Below, piece after piece: positions 8,892 through 17,269 of a stretch of 64,000 bases of DNA (the stretch's first letter is position 1; each line of letters starts with the position of its first letter). Source of the DNA: a virus; the IMG/VR virus record IMGVR_UViG_3300029258_002996, one strand, 5' to 3'. A program made the translations under genes and the position numbers. The notes under the pieces were generated by a model that had not been told where the DNA came from, made no database searches, and saw nothing but the letters and a program-made list of their open reading frames with translations.

Positions 8892-9953
8892 TTATTCGAA
8901 ATCCTCTTCGTCGTCCTCGAAACCCCTCAACCACAGCTTCGCTTCAGGATGCTCGGACGCTCTCAGAGTTTGAACAAAATCCTCAAGTGTATCAAACTCT
9001 TCAGACCAGTATTGCCACCCTTCGGTAATCGCGTTCATATAAGCTTCTTCAATCTGGTATTGATCTGCGTCGGGACCGAACTCTTCCCTGATTTCGTTCC
9101 AGAGACCTTCGTCCAACTCTTCGGAAAGTTTGTCATTGAAGAAAGCGTCATGAGCCTTTTCAAGACCGTGATCGATACCCCGTCCCGTAATGACGACGTA
9201 GGAGTCCGCCTCCATCTCGTCGCCGTCATAAACCCCAACTACGGAGACGGGGGAATCAGCATCTTGGGGGTAGAAAACGTCTTGATCGACGATGTCCTTG
9301 ACTGGATACTGGCTGAGGAGAGCGTCAAGGTTGGCTTTCTTTCTCCGACCCTCACGTCCGAAGTCCTCTTCGTCGTCCTCGAACTCTTCTTCCTCGGGTT
9401 TGTCCCAGTCCGTGTCGTACTCTTCTCCAAAGAGTTCGTGAACCTCTTTGTAATTGAGAGTGAGTGGGTATTGGTCGAACTCGAAAGGTCCGAAGTACCA
9501 AATAAGATCTCGATAAGCCTGCCCACGTTCGGCAGGGTCGTCCGACTTCAATTCGTTTACGAGTTCTTCTTTAGAAGACCCTACACTATCGGCAACCCCT
9601 TCCAAATCCTTCGCCCAGAAAGGTTCATCAAAGCGGGAAACTCCTCGATTAAATGTCAAGGCAACGTCGGGAACTAGATAACCGTCGATCTCCGCGAACT
9701 TCTCGATGTCAAATCGAGAGATGGTCCAGGTGGCTTGGTACTCGTTCTCCGCATCTGGATTCCAGTCCAGATCGTTCTCGACGTACCAGCCTTCGGGACC
9801 GTACTGGGTCTGGACAATCAAGAGACCGCCGTAGTCAATGAAGTTCACATCTCCGAGATTGGCGATAATGTCAGGTTTGTCACTCTTGCCTTCCTGAGCT
9901 TTGACGTTCTTGGAGATCCTCTTCAATGCTTCGTCAGGGAGTACTTGTCTCAT
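8892..9953 (-). CDS. 353-aa very acidic two-module protein (putative head cargo)
   Basis: Short basic leader ending NVKAQ, module 1, linker GRRKKAN, module 2; D/E-rich. Confidence 0.72.
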   Translation of the reverse strand: MRQVLPDEALKRISKNVKAQEGKSDKPDIIANLGDVNFIDYGGLLIVQTQYGPEGWYVENDLDWNPDAENEYQATWTISRFDIEKFAEIDGYLVPDVALTFNRGVSRFDEPFWAKDLEGVADSVGSSKEELVNELKSDDPAERGQAYRDLIWYFGPFEFDQYPLTLNYKEVHELFGEEYDTDWDKPEEEEFEDDEEDFGREGRRKKANLDALLSQYPVKDIVDQDVFYPQDADSPVSVVGVYDGDEMEADSYVVITGRGIDHGLEKAHDAFFNDKLSEELDEGLWNEIREEFGPDADQYQIEEAYMNAITEGWQYWSEEFDTLEDFVQTLRASEHPEAKLWLRGFEDDEEDFE

Positions 9954-12319
9954 CTTTCCAACCCCTCTTCCTCGCGCATTTCGGCAAGGTCGTTCAGAAT
10001 TTCGAGCAGCTCAGGGTCTCCCGCGTAGGCCAACTCCGTCTCCATTCCCGCAGTATGTGGGATTTCCAACCCGTGATGCTCGTGACTGTCGTACCACCCT
10101 ACTCCGTGACCCATTCCCTCCATCGCGAGGTAGTGACCGAACTCGTCGCGGTTGAAGTCCTCATCCTCACCAGGAGGAATGAAGGTTTCCAGGTCGACGT
10201 TGTTGGAGCGCTCGATATCTCGGTAGAAGTTGGTTGCAAATTCGATAGCTTCGGGTGGAGTCTCCGGGGCAATGTTCATCAACTCGGCCCCCATGAAGTT
10301 CGGGGACTCGATTTCGACATCCACTTCATCGGCAAGGCGGTCAGCCTCCTCCCATTCGTCTGCCCACGAAGAGACAAAGAAGGCGCGAGCCATCGCTTCG
10401 ACAATAGTAGGATCCGGTTCACCCGCTTGAGCTTGACGACGAGCCTCGTGTCCAGGAGTTCCGAGAAGGTTTAACACATCCTTCAAATCCCACAAAAGCT
10501 CCGTACCTTCATCCAGAGCTTCCCGGTATTCCCTTTTCTTTGATTCATCCGCGACTACGTCAGGTTGCTTGATATTCACCTCGTACCATCTAACCGCGTC
10601 CTCAAGCTCCTCATGCGCGGCTTCGATTACGTCTTTTTCTACCGGATGCCCTGCGGACCAGTTAGATCCCAGCGCATAGAGTGCAGATCCTTGCCCTCCG
10701 TGCCATTTGAGAAGATCTTCCGCAAGCCCCCGATCTGGCTTGATTTCTTCTTCTTGAGCTTGACGACGAGATCCCCTCCAAGCAGGACCCCAAAGCTCAC
10801 CCTCGGGGGGTTCCTCTTCGCGGGAGGGCTTGTCCCAATCGAAATCCTCGACGAGGTGGAAGTTCCCGTGATCGGAAACGTGCCAAATATTTGGCCAATA
10901 CTGTTGACGGTTCCCCTCTTCTCGAATGGCATCTTCAATGCCATCCCACTCGACAAACTCTCCAAGATGCTTTCCTGCGAAGTAGACATCTTCGCCCCCA
11001 AGATATGAAGCGGACTGGATGAAAACATCATCTTCGTCGGGCTCAAAATCGTCTCCCTGAGCTTGGCGACGAGCAACCGCTCCAGAACCCATCCCGCCAT
11101 GACCAGGACCAGCTTCAGGACCCGCCTGCGCTTTACCTTTTCCTACCTGACCAGGTCCGCGCTTGGGTTTCTTGACTTCGTGGAGAGATTCTTTTTCAGC
11201 TTGCTGCTGAGACTGAGGTCGAGGGGGAAGGGAGGGATCTGGTTCGAGACCGAGGAGATCTCCCATTGCTTCACCCGGACGCATGTTGAGCGCAGGATCT
11301 TCCCCTAAAGGATCCGAAGGGAAGTAATCCTCAAGAGGATTCCAAGTAGCCCATTCGGGTGCCCCGCTCATCGCACGCTCTTCTTCGGGACTTAACCATC
11401 TCTGTGAAGGATCCGAAAATGTTTCTTCCGGTGTTTTCGCGAATGGCGCATCCTGCTGCACCGTTGCAGGTCCTCGCGGAGTCTGAATGTACTTGACGCC
11501 CGGTTCATTGCCGGACGCCTGAGCGTCCCTACGGTAAAAAGGGCGCTTCCCACCCCCTCGACGAGCATTCGGACCTTGACGCTTGCGCTTGGGGGGAGGA
11601 TTCTCCTTACGGAACTCCCCGGAATCACCACCCCCGACCTCGTGCTTGATCTTCTTCTGCACCCAGTCGGCAGTCTCCTCGCCATATTCCAGGTCAGGCT
11701 CTTCCCCGTTTACCATTGAAAGAACAAACCGGCGAGCCTTTACCTGATGTGGGAGAGGACCGTTCAAACCGTGCTTTAGGATCAGACGGTCGTAGTCTTC
11801 CTGAGTTTCGATCTGAGAGGCGATGCGCTGGAGGTCGTTGATCGGGAGAGTCGCGTAACCTTTCTGACCGATTTCGACGATCACCTCCGCCGCCGCCGAC
11901 TTGGGGAAGTTCCGTTTGTAGTGATCGTGGAGCGTGAGGTAGGAGCTGGCAGTAATGGACCCGGTGCGGTTCTTCTTCCACATCCCCTCCAGATGACCGT
12001 ACAAAGCCCGAAGACCGTGATCAGTCCCGAGGTCCTTGCGCGCCTTCACGATTCGATAGGCGTCGAAGACGGAAGCTACGGGAAGATTTCCGTTGATCTG
12101 CCCCGCTTCTCGATCAAGCTCCTCGGCGATCTTCTTCCGAACCTGCTCGACATGGGGAATATTCAACCGGAACTCCCGGGAATTCGCCTCATCTTGAGCT
12201 TGACGGCGAGCGACGGCTCCCGAGTAGAGTTTCGCAAGCCTGCCGACTCGAAGATCACCGACAGATTGCTGGGAAAAATCCGCGAGGTCCTGTTTGACGT
12301 TACGCCCGAATCTATTCAT
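9950..12319 (-). CDS. 789-aa modular protein with four RRQAQ and one RRDAQ linker (putative head polyprotein)
   Basis: GAGGAG RBS; three C-terminal acidic modules each begin immediately after RRQAQ. Confidence 0.75.
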   Translation of the reverse strand: MNRFGRNVKQDLADFSQQSVGDLRVGRLAKLYSGAVARRQAQDEANSREFRLNIPHVEQVRKKIAEELDREAGQINGNLPVASVFDAYRIVKARKDLGTDHGLRALYGHLEGMWKKNRTGSITASSYLTLHDHYKRNFPKSAAAEVIVEIGQKGYATLPINDLQRIASQIETQEDYDRLILKHGLNGPLPHQVKARRFVLSMVNGEEPDLEYGEETADWVQKKIKHEVGGGDSGEFRKENPPPKRKRQGPNARRGGGKRPFYRRDAQASGNEPGVKYIQTPRGPATVQQDAPFAKTPEETFSDPSQRWLSPEEERAMSGAPEWATWNPLEDYFPSDPLGEDPALNMRPGEAMGDLLGLEPDPSLPPRPQSQQQAEKESLHEVKKPKRGPGQVGKGKAQAGPEAGPGHGGMGSGAVARRQAQGDDFEPDEDDVFIQSASYLGGEDVYFAGKHLGEFVEWDGIEDAIREEGNRQQYWPNIWHVSDHGNFHLVEDFDWDKPSREEEPPEGELWGPAWRGSRRQAQEEEIKPDRGLAEDLLKWHGGQGSALYALGSNWSAGHPVEKDVIEAAHEELEDAVRWYEVNIKQPDVVADESKKREYREALDEGTELLWDLKDVLNLLGTPGHEARRQAQAGEPDPTIVEAMARAFFVSSWADEWEEADRLADEVDVEIESPNFMGAELMNIAPETPPEAIEFATNFYRDIERSNNVDLETFIPPGEDEDFNRDEFGHYLAMEGMGHGVGWYDSHEHHGLEIPHTAGMETELAYAGDPELLEILNDLAEMREEEGLER
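10426..12210. repeat. Four copies of an 18-bp repeat CTTGAGCTTGACGACGAG (10426-10443, 10753-10770, 11056-11073, 12193-12210) encoding RRQAQ
   Basis: First two identical, others with 1-2 mismatches; all in frame. Confidence 0.88.
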
Positions 12320-12421
12320 TTTGGATACTCCTCGGTGGTTTCCATTGTCATATTGAAAAACAGTTGTACCATAAGATGTTTGCTATGCTCTAAAGGCTGG
12401 GAAAGGAATTTTTCAGATTTT

Positions 12422-12724
12422 TTACAAGGCTTTGCCGATATCTCGCATCAAGTGAACCTTCCCGCACTCCAAGCATTTGATCTCTAAAGGTAATGTACCA
12501 AAGATCGTCTCCATCTGCGCGGAACAACATGGACTTCGAACCTCGTCACAATCGTCTTCGTCCTCGACGCAGGGATCCCCCTTGTCCTGATCTTCCTCTT
12601 CGGATTTACTCTGCTTGGCCCGTTGGAAAAGCTCGAACAGCTCTTGGACTTTTTCCTTGTTCAGATTTTTGAGGTTCTCGGGGACGTTCTCCAGCGCTTG
12701 CTGGAGTTCGGGAGGAAGGCTCAC
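12422..12724 (-). CDS. Small protein with C-terminal Zn-ribbon-like Cys motifs
   Basis: SPCC...KCLECGK. Confidence 0.65.
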   Translation of the reverse strand: MSLPPELQQALENVPENLKNLNKEKVQELFELFQRAKQSKSEEEDQDKGDPCVEDEDDCDEVRSPCCSAQMETIFGTLPLEIKCLECGKVHLMRDIGKAL

Positions 12725-12727
12725 GGA

Positions 12728-13603
12728 TTACTTCCGGACGTTGGAAGGGGAGAGCTTGGCGGGTACTACAGACACCCAAGCAGAGCCGTATGCCCCATAG
12801 TAATTTTCCCAATAAGCCGCAGCTACATCGTCCACTCCGTTCTTCCTCATCCAGGCACCCGCCATATCCGCCTTGACGCGCTTTTTCACGTCCTGAACGA
12901 GATCTTGGCCGTACAGCCCGTAGTACTCTTCGTAGTACGATTTGGCTGCCTCGTCCACCGCGATTTTTCTCGAACTGGCGTCCGCGAAATCGCGGAAAAC
13001 TTTCGAGACCTTCTGCGCGATTCCCCCATGTTTCAGAAAGGCTTCCCGGACCCGTCCCAGCTTCACGAGATCTACCGTCTCTCGCAGCACAGCGGGGGGA
13101 ACATCCTTACAGGTGTTGAGAACGTCCTTCGTCATGATGAAGGGAAGGTTCAAATACTTTGAAGCGCTTCTCGTCCGGATGCCGTCTGCAACCGACTGAC
13201 GAATCTCTTGCACGGTTTCGGATCCGTAAGCTCTGCGCAGCTCTTCCCAGCTCGGAACGCGGGGAGACTGCTCCCTGCGGTCAGACGCATTGAATCGACG
13301 CACCACCGCCACGGGGATGTCCGTAGAGAAAGTGGAGTCGTCTACAAGGTCGGCTCCGAAGAGACCCCACATCGCGGCGCAGGTATCCTTCGCTTCCTGC
13401 TTCCGCTTGGCTTCGTCACGACGCTTGCTTGCAGCTTTCAGCATCGCCCGACGTTTTTCCTGCTCGAAGCTTTCCTTCTCCTGCTTACTCCGCCGAAGAT
13501 GGACTCGACCATCCTCGCCCCTTCCGGCGGACCACATGTGGTGCGCATCTCTTCGGGGATTTTCGGAACGTCGCATTTCGTTTGCCTCCATGTTTCGTCT
13601 CAT
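12728..13603 (-). CDS. Putative head-associated protein with two Tyr-rich VDxxAxxY(W/Y)xxYYGxYG repeats
   Basis: Repeat shared with the 5269-8850 protein; first copy preceded by the linker RKIA. Confidence 0.65.
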   Translation of the reverse strand: MRRNMEANEMRRSENPRRDAHHMWSAGRGEDGRVHLRRSKQEKESFEQEKRRAMLKAASKRRDEAKRKQEAKDTCAAMWGLFGADLVDDSTFSTDIPVAVVRRFNASDRREQSPRVPSWEELRRAYGSETVQEIRQSVADGIRTRSASKYLNLPFIMTKDVLNTCKDVPPAVLRETVDLVKLGRVREAFLKHGGIAQKVSKVFRDFADASSRKIAVDEAAKSYYEEYYGLYGQDLVQDVKKRVKADMAGAWMRKNGVDDVAAAYWENYYGAYGSAWVSVVPAKLSPSNVRK

Positions 13604-13872
13604 AAGTACGGGGCGACCAAGTAATCGTAAGATTTATCGACTTCGGATTCTACTTGATCTGCCTCCCGATCACTTACCCAGGATTGTAACAGCTTTGTGA
13701 TCGCAGTCAACTGCCAATCCATCGACCAGCTAGCTACCTGTTCCAGGGATTTCAACGCCCCACGAACGAGCGTACCCCAGTAGGTATTGGCCAAAGGATT
13801 TTGCGAGGTTTTTCGAAGGAGGGTATCGTCCTCCAAGATCAACCTCAGAAATCTTTCGGCTTCTGGTCTCAT
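13600..13872 (-). CDS. Hypothetical protein
   Basis: 90-aa ORF after an AT-rich intergenic region; ATGA overlap with the next gene. Confidence 0.65.
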   Translation of the reverse strand: MRPEAERFLRLILEDDTLLRKTSQNPLANTYWGTLVRGALKSLEQVASWSMDWQLTAITKLLQSWVSDREADQVESEVDKSYDYLVAPYL

Positions 13873-13920
13873 GCCGATCTTATATTAACATAAATATTTT
13901 AGATATTTTTAAGCAAAGGG
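13873..13920 (-). promoter_or_regulatory. AT-rich putative promoter upstream of the head-protein cluster
   Basis: Minus strand reads TTGCTT-N18-TATGTT within a very AT-rich gap. Confidence 0.35.
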
Positions 13921-13981
13921 AAGGTAGGAAAAAGCAAAGATCAGCTACTTGCGATCTTGAATCCGTAGGTTCCGAAAATCT

Positions 13982-14878
13982 TCACTTCCCGTATTTGGAG
14001 ATCAGCTCCTGAGCCTTGGCTTGGCCGACAGGGGTGAGAACCATCGTCTGCTTGTCGGTGGGATGAAGCTGAAGAAGCTCGGGATTTTTGTAAACCTCCC
14101 GTCTCGTGTTGTTCTTTCTGGGGTGAGTCGTCCCGTCCGAAGTCGTCAGGTTCTTCACCAACTCATCTACCCGAGCGGATCCGCCCATCTTGTGAAGGGC
14201 CATCAAAACCTTGTCGGAAAACACCGGCCCCTCCACGTGTCGTTTCCGCTTCTTCTTTTGTACTGTCGTATTTCCGTTTTGCGAATACTCGGGCATCTTC
14301 ACTCTCCTTTTTTTCTTCAAACGAAGATCAAAATACACCGGATGGCAATCGCCGAAATGTATCGGCGAAGGGGCCAGTGCAAACTTGTCGTCCGATATTT
14401 GTTCGATCCTCGGTCTTCCTCTCAGGATCGATTGAACCACCGACACCGGTGCGTTCGTCATTATGTAGTTTTGATCCAATGCGTTCAAACAGGCGCAGAA
14501 CCTCTTCGACCGAAGTTTTTTGAGGACGTAGTCGTGGCGGCTGTAAGAGCTTCGCCGGATATCGAGAAGGTAACACTTGTCCGACTTGCAGATGTACTTC
14601 CGACGAAACTCCTGGAACGGCAGGTTGAAGTACCGTTTGATCCAATGATAGATGGTGACAAAGCTGACTCCGATGTAATCGGCCATCCCACCTGCCGATT
14701 TGAAGATCGCGGCGTCGAGAAGAATGTCCCGAATCGGCATCTCGTGCTCGACCTGGGCAATGAGGACGCGGTACGAGTGCGCTGCCTTGCATTTGTCGCA
14801 AAACAGATGCCCCTGCAATTCCCGGTTCGAAATTCCCGAAACCAACTGGGTGCAGTAGGGAGTGTCGCACTCTCTCAT
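13982..14878 (-). CDS. Putative DNA-binding regulator (Cys-rich N-terminus, HTH, C-terminal winged-helix-like region)
   Basis: CxxxxC/CxxC motifs; MADYIGVSFVTIYHWIKR HTH pattern. Confidence 0.6.
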   Translation of the reverse strand: MRECDTPYCTQLVSGISNRELQGHLFCDKCKAAHSYRVLIAQVEHEMPIRDILLDAAIFKSAGGMADYIGVSFVTIYHWIKRYFNLPFQEFRRKYICKSDKCYLLDIRRSSYSRHDYVLKKLRSKRFCACLNALDQNYIMTNAPVSVVQSILRGRPRIEQISDDKFALAPSPIHFGDCHPVYFDLRLKKKRRVKMPEYSQNGNTTVQKKKRKRHVEGPVFSDKVLMALHKMGGSARVDELVKNLTTSDGTTHPRKNNTRREVYKNPELLQLHPTDKQTMVLTPVGQAKAQELISKYGK

Positions 14879-14884
14879 ACAAAA

Positions 14885-15331
14885 CTAATCCTCATCCGTA
14901 TCGAAAAACTTCTTGACGTAACCCTCCAAACTGAGCAACGCCGGGGGAATGTACAGGAGCGCCGGAGTATCCGAAGTCTCTGGTTTCGTAAATCTGATCT
15001 GATCTACGTATACGTGAAGGTTCTGCCGGAGAACCGACAACGTCTGCTCATTGTCCAGATTGGAAACCTTTTGCAAATCCTCCTCGGAAGGTTCTTTCGC
15101 GGCGTGTCCGTCAAGAACTTTCATATCCCCCGGCATCGGGACTCCGATCACCTCATCCACCCAATGACAATCCCGGTACGGGTGCGTACCCGCAGAGCGG
15201 ACGGTCATCTGGAACTCTTCTTCGGTCATCACATCGTCCGGTGAGCCGAACGACGGACACTCACCCGGGCAGCGTTTCGTCTTCTTGATCAGATCGACTG
15301 CCCAATTCTTCCACGCTTGTTTCATCGGCAT
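14885..15331 (-). CDS. Hypothetical protein
   Basis: ORF overlapping the trigger-factor stop; start chosen at ATG 15331 (or 15325). Confidence 0.6.
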   Translation of the reverse strand: MPMKQAWKNWAVDLIKKTKRCPGECPSFGSPDDVMTEEEFQMTVRSAGTHPYRDCHWVDEVIGVPMPGDMKVLDGHAAKEPSEEDLQKVSNLDNEQTLSVLRQNLHVYVDQIRFTKPETSDTPALLYIPPALLSLEGYVKKFFDTDED

Positions 15332-16586
15332 CTGTCCACTTGATCCTTTCCATAACGTCATCGATAAACTCCGCACCACCGGGATCCACATCGTACTCAC
15401 TCCCGTACCAGAGCATCGCTAGACGTTGCATGTAATCTCGGTAAATCTGACCTTTGAATCTATTTCGAAACGATTCTTCATCGGTCACCCCGACCGCCAA
15501 CATCGCTTGCTTTTGATTTCCCCGAAATCTATCGAGGTGCAAGTCGATCATCCGGTCGATGTTCTTTTTCAACCATTCTTGAGGCAGCGGTGGTATTGGA
15601 GAATTTCGGATAATCTGTCCAAGAATATGATCGGTAGCGGTCGCTTGCTCGGCGTTCGTCTTGTACCTTTTGTAATCTTCAACGAACTTTTTCCGAAAAG
15701 CTTTCAGATCATCAAAACCCGCTTTCTTCGCAAGATCATCGTCGACTTCCGGATAGTTCACGATTTTTATCTCATGAACTGTGATCTCGACCTGCACGGT
15801 TTTCCCCAAAACCTCGGGGTCGTGTTTCGGCTCGAACTCCAGCTCGAACACGTCCCCCCTCTTGTGCTCCAGTAAAGCTTCCTGGATTTCAGGCACGACC
15901 ATTTCCCGCCATTCAATCCATTGATCTCGGATGGTGCCGTTGGGGTAAGGTTCTCCGTCGATTTCCGCGAGAATCGTAAGATTCAGATCGTGGTTCTCCT
16001 TGATCTGATCCTCACCTTCAGGAACTGCTACATGAGTTTTCTGATCTGCTTGAATTTCCTTGCAGCGACGTTCCCACTCTTCCTTCTCGCTCAAAACCGG
16101 TGGATAGGGACATGCAAAGTTGATCTCCTTTTTCGGTTTCAGCTTCGGAGTGAAGTAGACGACGGCCCCCAACTGAACTTGCTCGCCAGGTTCGAAATTG
16201 AAAAGCTCATAACCGTCAATAAACATAATTTCATCGTTGAGATGATCATGAATCTCGTTGATCAGAACCTCTGAGTACAGGCGCTTGACGCCGATCTGCT
16301 TCTCGACGATCTTGCGCGCATTTCGCGCTTTACCGCCCTTTTGTTTTTTACTCTTCGCCAACCGGGAAAGCTTCTTCTCGTTCTTCTCCCAGAACAAGTC
16401 GAACTTCGCCTTCAAGTCCTCGTAGTAAAACCAGCAGACGAGCCGATAAGGCTGCGCCAAGGGCTCGACTACGATAGGGGGGAGGGGCTCGCGCTCGGAC
16501 TCCTCCTCCTGCTCTGCACCAACGCCCTCTTCCTGGGCATCCTCAGTAAGGTCGGACGATGATTTCTGTTCGAGGTTCTCCGTCAT
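15261..16586 (-). CDS. tig: Trigger-factor homolog (N, FKBP-like and C domains), divergent
   Basis: 441 aa; IDGEPYPNG, LGKTVQVEITVHEIK, YPEVDDDLAKKAGFDDL match the trigger-factor pattern; GFRxGxxP absent. Confidence 0.8.
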   Translation of the reverse strand: MTENLEQKSSSDLTEDAQEEGVGAEQEEESEREPLPPIVVEPLAQPYRLVCWFYYEDLKAKFDLFWEKNEKKLSRLAKSKKQKGGKARNARKIVEKQIGVKRLYSEVLINEIHDHLNDEIMFIDGYELFNFEPGEQVQLGAVVYFTPKLKPKKEINFACPYPPVLSEKEEWERRCKEIQADQKTHVAVPEGEDQIKENHDLNLTILAEIDGEPYPNGTIRDQWIEWREMVVPEIQEALLEHKRGDVFELEFEPKHDPEVLGKTVQVEITVHEIKIVNYPEVDDDLAKKAGFDDLKAFRKKFVEDYKRYKTNAEQATATDHILGQIIRNSPIPPLPQEWLKKNIDRMIDLHLDRFRGNQKQAMLAVGVTDEESFRNRFKGQIYRDYMQRLAMLWYGSEYDVDPGGAEFIDDVMERIKWTDADETSVEELGSRSDQEDETLPG

Positions 16587-17010
16587 AATCCATATCTCCT
16601 TTAACTACCTTTCTACTGTGCTCCTCACGTACCAAACGATCATCTTCGATAACTACGGCCACCTTCATTCTACGGTTCCCGCGAACCGGGACCCCCTGCA
16701 TCGCATCAAAGATGAATGCGGGGAGATTGTCCAAATCGGGCTCATGGACCCGCTCTACATAGAATACCAAATCGACCGAAATTAGATAACTGATCGGTCT
16801 CCGACCCCCTTGTTTTTTGAATTGCCGATGGAGATCGACAGATGCCGCATCCCTCGCCGCGCGCATATCGGCGGAGTGATCGACAAAAGGCCCAATCTTT
16901 CTGCGGGGATTCCGGTACATAATCTCCAGATTGTTTTTCTGGACCCAAGATTTTCCCAAGATCAAAAATTTATAGGTAGGACGCTCTGGAAAATGAATCG
17001 GGCGGACCAT
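16543..17010 (-). CDS. RusA-like Holliday junction resolvase
   Basis: PDLDNL...DAMQG...EDDRLV acidic motifs. Confidence 0.75.
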   Translation of the reverse strand: MVRPIHFPERPTYKFLILGKSWVQKNNLEIMYRNPRRKIGPFVDHSADMRAARDAASVDLHRQFKKQGGRRPISYLISVDLVFYVERVHEPDLDNLPAFIFDAMQGVPVRGNRRMKVAVVIEDDRLVREEHSRKVVKGDMDYDGEPRTEIIVRPY

Positions 17011-17011
17011 G

Positions 17012-17269
17012 TCATTTGCAAACCAAGCTGTTGATGATCTGAACTACTCGATCATCTCCCCGAAACCACAGGTTCTTGACGATGTAGTCCCTTTCAATCG
17101 GACCTTGAACAAACAGTTCGCGCACCTTCCGTCCTCCGTAAGGTCCGTTAGTCAAGAGAATGTCGTCTCCCTCAACTTGGTAGCCTACGAGGTTTAGTTG
17201 CTTCTGCTGCCGTTTCGCAGCTTCGTGCGCCTTCTCGCGGCGAGCCATAGAAGCAGGTTTGTTCATCAA
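17012..17269 (-). CDS. Hypothetical protein
   Basis: 85-aa ORF, overlapped junctions. Confidence 0.65.
   Translation of the reverse strand: MMNKPASMARREKAHEAAKRQQKQLNLVGYQVEGDDILLTNGPYGGRKVRELFVQGPIERDYIVKNLWFRGDDRVVQIINSLVCK

Noticed and set aside
10426-12210. CRISPR array reading of the 18-bp repeats
   Set aside because: Repeats are short, non-palindromic, spaced 300-1100 nt apart and in frame within a coding gene; no cas genes are present
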